Below are positions 61,284-64,000 of a DNA stretch of 64,000 nt, piece by piece. The notes under the pieces are model-generated. The model had not been told where the DNA came from, made no database searches, and worked only from the letters and a program-made list of their open reading frames with translations. The position numbers and the translations under genes were made by a program. Where the stretch lies: assembly GCF_006345805.1 (NCBI RefSeq), contig NC_043002.1:56420001-56484000 (forward strand). Direction: 5' to 3'. Every line of letters starts with the position of its first letter. The first letter of the stretch is position 1. The DNA is from Octopus sinensis. Lineage: Eukaryota.

Positions 61284-62559
61284 AGACTCATGACAGCTCT
61301 AAGTCCCACTCTGATGAGTTCCTTCAATATATCTTGGTCAATTCCTATAAGAAATAGATGGGTTGAAATAGACCTCCAGAGGGTTGCAATCATGTGGAAG
61401 AAGGATTGGAAGGAAACATTTTGTGTTGAATATAGAAGGTGGAGAGACAAATGGAGCCCGAGGGGAGCATGTCTGGAAAATTCATCATAAACATTTTTGG
61501 GAAAACTTGCCGTAGGAAATTTCACCCAAAAGGAAGCACATGAGCAAACAGTAAACTAGGTAACTCATCTTAAAGAAATTACCTTTTGCTAATTGGTAGG
61601 TGAATTGAGGAAGTTGCCATTTTAAGGAAACAGTTAATCTTTTTTTTTTTTTTGCAATTTATTTCTTTCATGACAAATTATGCTCTGGCAAAAATGCTTA
61701 TAATCGAGTGTAGAGAGTATGTGGTTAACTATTTCAGAAGAGTAGAAGCTGTTGTGATAACAATAGAAGCAGTAAAGAGGTGGGTGGGTGGAGATCTGTG
61801 GATGAAGTTCGTTGTTCAGAGAATGATGAATGAGGTCCATAGTGTTTGTTCGTGTGTGTGTATGTGTGCATGTGCATGTGTATGTGTGCATGCGCAGGTG
61901 CATGTGTATGCAAGCATGTGTGTGTATGCATGTGCCTGTATGTTGATGTGTGTGTGCGTGAGTTGTACTACCTTATATATGTCAAATGTCAGTAGTATTT
62001 CAATGTGTTGGGGAGTAAGACAAACTGGCAGAATCTCCCTAGATTATTGATTGTGGTTGGATATTAAAGGTCAGATAATAATAGTGTGTGGCTTAGCAGT
62101 TAAGAGTTTTGGCTCACAGTCATAAGGTCTTCAGTTCAATTCCCAGTGGCACACATTGTGTCCTTGAGCAAAACACTTTATTTCACATTGCTCCAGTCCA
62201 CTCAGCTGGTAAAAATGAATTGTACCTGTGCCTAAATCTCCTTGGGAACTATGTTAAGGGCACGTCTGTCCATAGAATACTCAACTACTTGTATGTTAAT
62301 TTCATGAGTGGGTGGTTCTATTCATTGAATCAACTGGAACCTCCATCTTTGTAATCAATGAAGCGCCAGTTTAAAAGGACATAAGACTAATGATACAATG
62401 ATTCAACAAGGAATCAAATGGATATCGCACATGATTCTCCAAGAGTCTACAACCAATCAACAAAGGCTGAATGATAATCCATACTTCATCATGTGAGAGG
62501 GCCATTTATTTTGGATTGGCAAATAAATTTGTTTGTTTCTTCCCAATGTTTTACTTTTT

Positions 62560-62766
62560 TTGTGCTTTTGCTTCTTACTTGACTGGGGCCATGCAAGGGA
62601 CCGTTACCCTCAAGGGATTAGTCAAATATGAAGCCTGGTACTTACTCTATTGAACTTTTAAGTTATAGGAACATAAACACACCAACACCGGTTGTCGAGC
62701 AGTGGGGTGAGGTGGAGGTGACAAAAACAGATAAAAAGACACATACACACACACAGACACACACAG

Positions 62767-62797
<31 letters not shown>

Positions 62798-62975
62798 TAC
62801 ACTTTCAAACACATACATGATGGGCTTCTTTCAGTTTCCATCTACTAAATTCACTCACAAGGCTTTGGGCAGCCTGAGGCTATAGTGGAAGGCACTTGCT
62901 CAACGTGTGAGGTAGTGGGATTGAACCTGGAACCACGTGGTCGGGAAGCAAGTTTCTTACCACACAGCCACGCTT
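62560..62975 (-). mobile_element. SINE family A, full length
   Basis: Reverse complement aligns with 60453-60846. Confidence 0.85.
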
Positions 62976-63514
62976 ATGCCTATGAAAAAAAAAATGAATG
63001 AATTCATCAGATAATTCATTAGATAAGGGATTCTACTTCAGATAAGAGGCTCCAAATTTAGAGGAGAGGTTCAAAATATTGACAAGGGGATGTCATGAAA
63101 GCCTGCAGAATAAAATGTCATTCTGTAGAGAAAAGTTTGTAAGAGTTCATTCAATATCAGACAATTTAGAAATTTCATGAGATTCTACAAATATGTATGT
63201 GTATGTATGTATGTATGTGTGTGTGATTGCATGAATGTATGTGTGTATGTGTGGTTGTATGTATGTGTATGTATGTATGCTTGTATGTATGTGTGTGCAT
63301 CTATGTATGTTTGTATGTATGGGTGTATATATGTATGTATGTATGTATGTATACATGCATTTATGTACGTATGTAGCTATGTGCATGTGTATGTTAAGGG
63401 TACACGTGTCTGTGGAGTGCTCAGCCACTTGCATGTTAATTTCATGAGCAAGCTGTTCCATTGATCATATCAGCTAGGACCCTCGTCATCATAACCGATG
63501 AAGTGCCACAATGA

Positions 63515-63557
<43 letters not shown>

Positions 63558-63709
63558 ATAATATTATAATTAAAGAGAGAAATATACTATGATGAAATTT
63601 ATTTTAGCATTGGGTAAATTGTTTTGTCGCATAATAAAGGTGTATAAATAATTTATTTGATCATATATGATAATAATCAATAGATTACTTATATGTCTGT
63701 ATTAATATA

Positions 63710-64000
63710 CTGGGTGCAATGGGCAAATTGTTGCCATTTTATATTTTTAATTTCACACATGTGCATTGTTTGTTTTTGATTTTGTTGACTACACAGTATA
63801 GTCGGGGCAGTTGGGCACCATGATGCAATTCACTCTGACAGAAATTTGGAAACAACATGCTGTGCTGCTTGGCATTTGTGCTGGAAGCTCCAATATGAAC
63901 AGATGGTGAACATACTGAACAACCATTGGCTTGCTGTGTCCCCAAAACACGTACTGAGAGTAATAAAAATCAAACCTCCAGTCAACATCATGGTGTTTAG
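63710..64000 (+). mobile_element. Internally deleted maT-like element, left end (continues past the window)
   Basis: TA|CTGGGTGCAATGGGC terminus. MMQFTLTEIWKQHAVLL resembles the N-terminus of the 25897 element, then jumps to IKIKPPVNIMVF (cf. MHTKFPATVMVL). Confidence 0.6.

Noticed and set aside
61290-61520. 88-aa minus-strand ORF
   Set aside because: Weakly resembles a CR1/L2 ORF2 C-terminus (SFF...ATLWRSI); too decayed to call as a gene or a confident TE.

Overview
AT-rich, repeat-dense eukaryotic DNA. The SINE, RTE-LINE and microsatellite repertoire looks like an octopod cephalopod (inference from repeat style, not a database match). No intact, identifiable protein-coding gene is present. 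Most ORFs in the track are microsatellite or SINE artefacts, or frameshifted TE remnants. Recognisable TE remnants: three RTE-clade LINE families, CR1/L2 LINEs, a Penelope-like (PLE) GIY-YIG fragment, a Helitron helicase with its CTAG 3' end, a hAT-Charlie transposase, mariner (DD34D-type) and maT (DD37D) elements, several MITEs with readable TIRs/TSDs, and at least four tRNA-headed SINE families. A repeat-poor, CpG-retaining block at about 38.8-46.5 kb looks promoter/regulatory. A few isolated splice-flanked open segments hint at a long-intron host gene. Most interesting observation: a 397-bp, TSD-flanked insertion at 52515-52911 joins a Pol III (tRNA-like) head to a Penelope-type terminal repeat carrying a minimal type I hammerhead ribozyme motif, plus an inverted partial copy of that repeat. 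It is a candidate tRNA-headed, ribozyme-bearing SINE mobilised by PLE rather than LINE machinery. Further decayed hammerhead-like relics occur elsewhere in the window.
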